A stretch of DNA of 63,982 nucleotides, the filler included, from Basidiobolus ranarum (lineage: Eukaryota): NCBI GenBank assembly GCA_040143965.1. It is 3 parts of 3 records of this genome, joined end to end, with 100 filler letters (N's around TTAATTAATTAA, not from the genome) between each part and the next. Parts side by side here need not be neighbours in the genome. Positions count along the whole stretch, not along the records: positions 46,488 to 63,982 come from JASJQH010000303.1; 2 more parts are not named here. One strand, 5' to 3'. The notes beneath the pieces were generated by a model that saw only the letters and a list, made by a program, of their open reading frames with translations, was not told where the DNA came from and did not search any database. Shown here in pieces: positions 62,672-63,982 of the stretch. How positions within the stretch are numbered: the stretch's first letter is position 1; each line of letters starts with the position of its first letter. Both the position numbers and the translations under genes were made by a program.

Positions 62672-63982
62672 AAAGTGATGTTTTCTTTGATAGTATAAGC
62701 GAGGGGTAGATATTCAAAGGAGGTTTTATGTTGAGTACGTATTGAAATTGGAGTGAATTTAAAGGATTCAAAGTAATGAGGGAATTTTCACTCCTAGCTG
62801 AAACCTAAGACTGTTTATTTTCCTTGGAATTTTCTGAACATATCAGAGGCTTGCTCTACATCCTATTAATTGGTTTAATTCATGTGAGAATTGGATTTCC
62901 CATCAAACAGATTTCGATCTTTAAAATCCCTTTTTTGTACCCGTCTTCCCAGATTAAAAGTTCGACCTAGACAATCACAATCATATGGGGATTTTCTGGT
63001 TATTTGGTGTAACTTCTCCACAGAGATATTGCCAGCGATACAATGGGATTGCATATATATATATACATATATATACACATTCAATGAATTGACCCCCCCC
63101 CCCACTTAAACATTTCAATCGCTTATAGAATAAGTGGCCGGCTAAGGCACCTAGCATAAATCCTAATATGAGGTTAGGCATTTTCTTGGATTGGCCTACA
63201 CCATTTGCCTAGACTTTATTGATAATGATGAATTTGTACTTCTAGTCCGTATCACACTTAGTATACTATATATTATCTTAGTTTCTTTTCGAGTATATCC
63301 TAATATGGATTGTTATGGTTTCCATTCATATATTATGCACTGAGCATAAGAAAAATCTGTCTCCTCAATAATCTCGAGCGTAAGTCTTATACTAGTGGCA
63401 ATAACCTGGATAAGTCTCGTCAATCATTTTAGTAATCACGTTCAAGTAAATATGCTTAAGTAAGAATGAAAGGGAATAAATCCAATTTGAGATTCATGTC
63501 TAACATAGTTAATTACCCACATTTTAAAAAAAATTTCAACATAAATACTTATCTCCATTAATGGTAGTCGGTGATTTTTTATCCTTTTCACTGTTGCAGT
63601 ATTAACCATAAATGAAAAGCAAGAGGAGGCTATGTCATAGTAAATAGCATATTAAGTGTCGGGAACGAACTTTATTAATTATTGGTCGACAATATCCATA
63701 TTGAGGCCATACGCTAAAACTGCTTGATGAGAAATTCCATTTACTAAGACTTGCCACTCATAATCGCTAAATATTAAAGACCAATGATTTTGTCCATACC
63801 AATGTTGCTTTTACCACCGAATAAATTACACACTCCAAGTTCAACACTCACACCAGCAATTTGAGCAGCACCAACGATCACACGACATTTGAGACGATCA
63901 AGACGAAGAAAGTCAATATTGATTCCCAAATTGAGGCAGATACTCACGTCAATGTTGGCACCACATAAAGTATGAATTTTGG

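Noticed and set aside
63780..63982. Coding-looking sequence at the window end
   Set aside because: No frame gives a recognisable protein; too little context.

Overview
Eukaryotic, AT-rich fungal DNA with short GT-AG introns. The gene repertoire suggests an early-diverging fungus (Zoopagomycota/Mucoromycota; Basidiobolus-like is a tentative guess). Two artificial 100-bp spacers (N44-TTAATTAATTAA-N44 at 23163-23262 and 46388-46487) split the window into three segments whose adjacency cannot be trusted. Segment 1 holds a Pho80-type cyclin, L-lactate dehydrogenase, an OLA1/YchF ATPase, an intronless beta-tubulin, a head-to-head pair of secreted CBM9-like genes, a small secreted protein, an AA5_1 copper radical oxidase, an Ig-like/multi-TM membrane protein and a gap-truncated SEY1. 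Segment 2 holds a Zn2Cys6 transcription factor with an inverted truncated copy, an alpha-arrestin, a Ty1/copia LTR cluster, a DUF1752/DUF3295 protein, a LYS1 pseudogene hit by a fold-back LTR derivative, and two Ecl1-family genes. Segment 3 holds a defective copia/Ty5-type element, a secreted M11-like metallopeptidase with DM9-like repeats, a second Pho80-type cyclin, two tandem very acidic LRR genes without an F-box, and a bacterial-type GlpA/LhgO-like flavoprotein with a BFD [2Fe-2S] domain. The best leads are the bacterial-looking genes, the acidic LRR pair with mosaic identity, the surface-protein cluster at 8.8-19.6 kb, the dead LYS1 and the LTR self-insertion/fold-back structures. No RNA genes or CRISPR arrays were recognised. 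All exon boundaries were read by eye.
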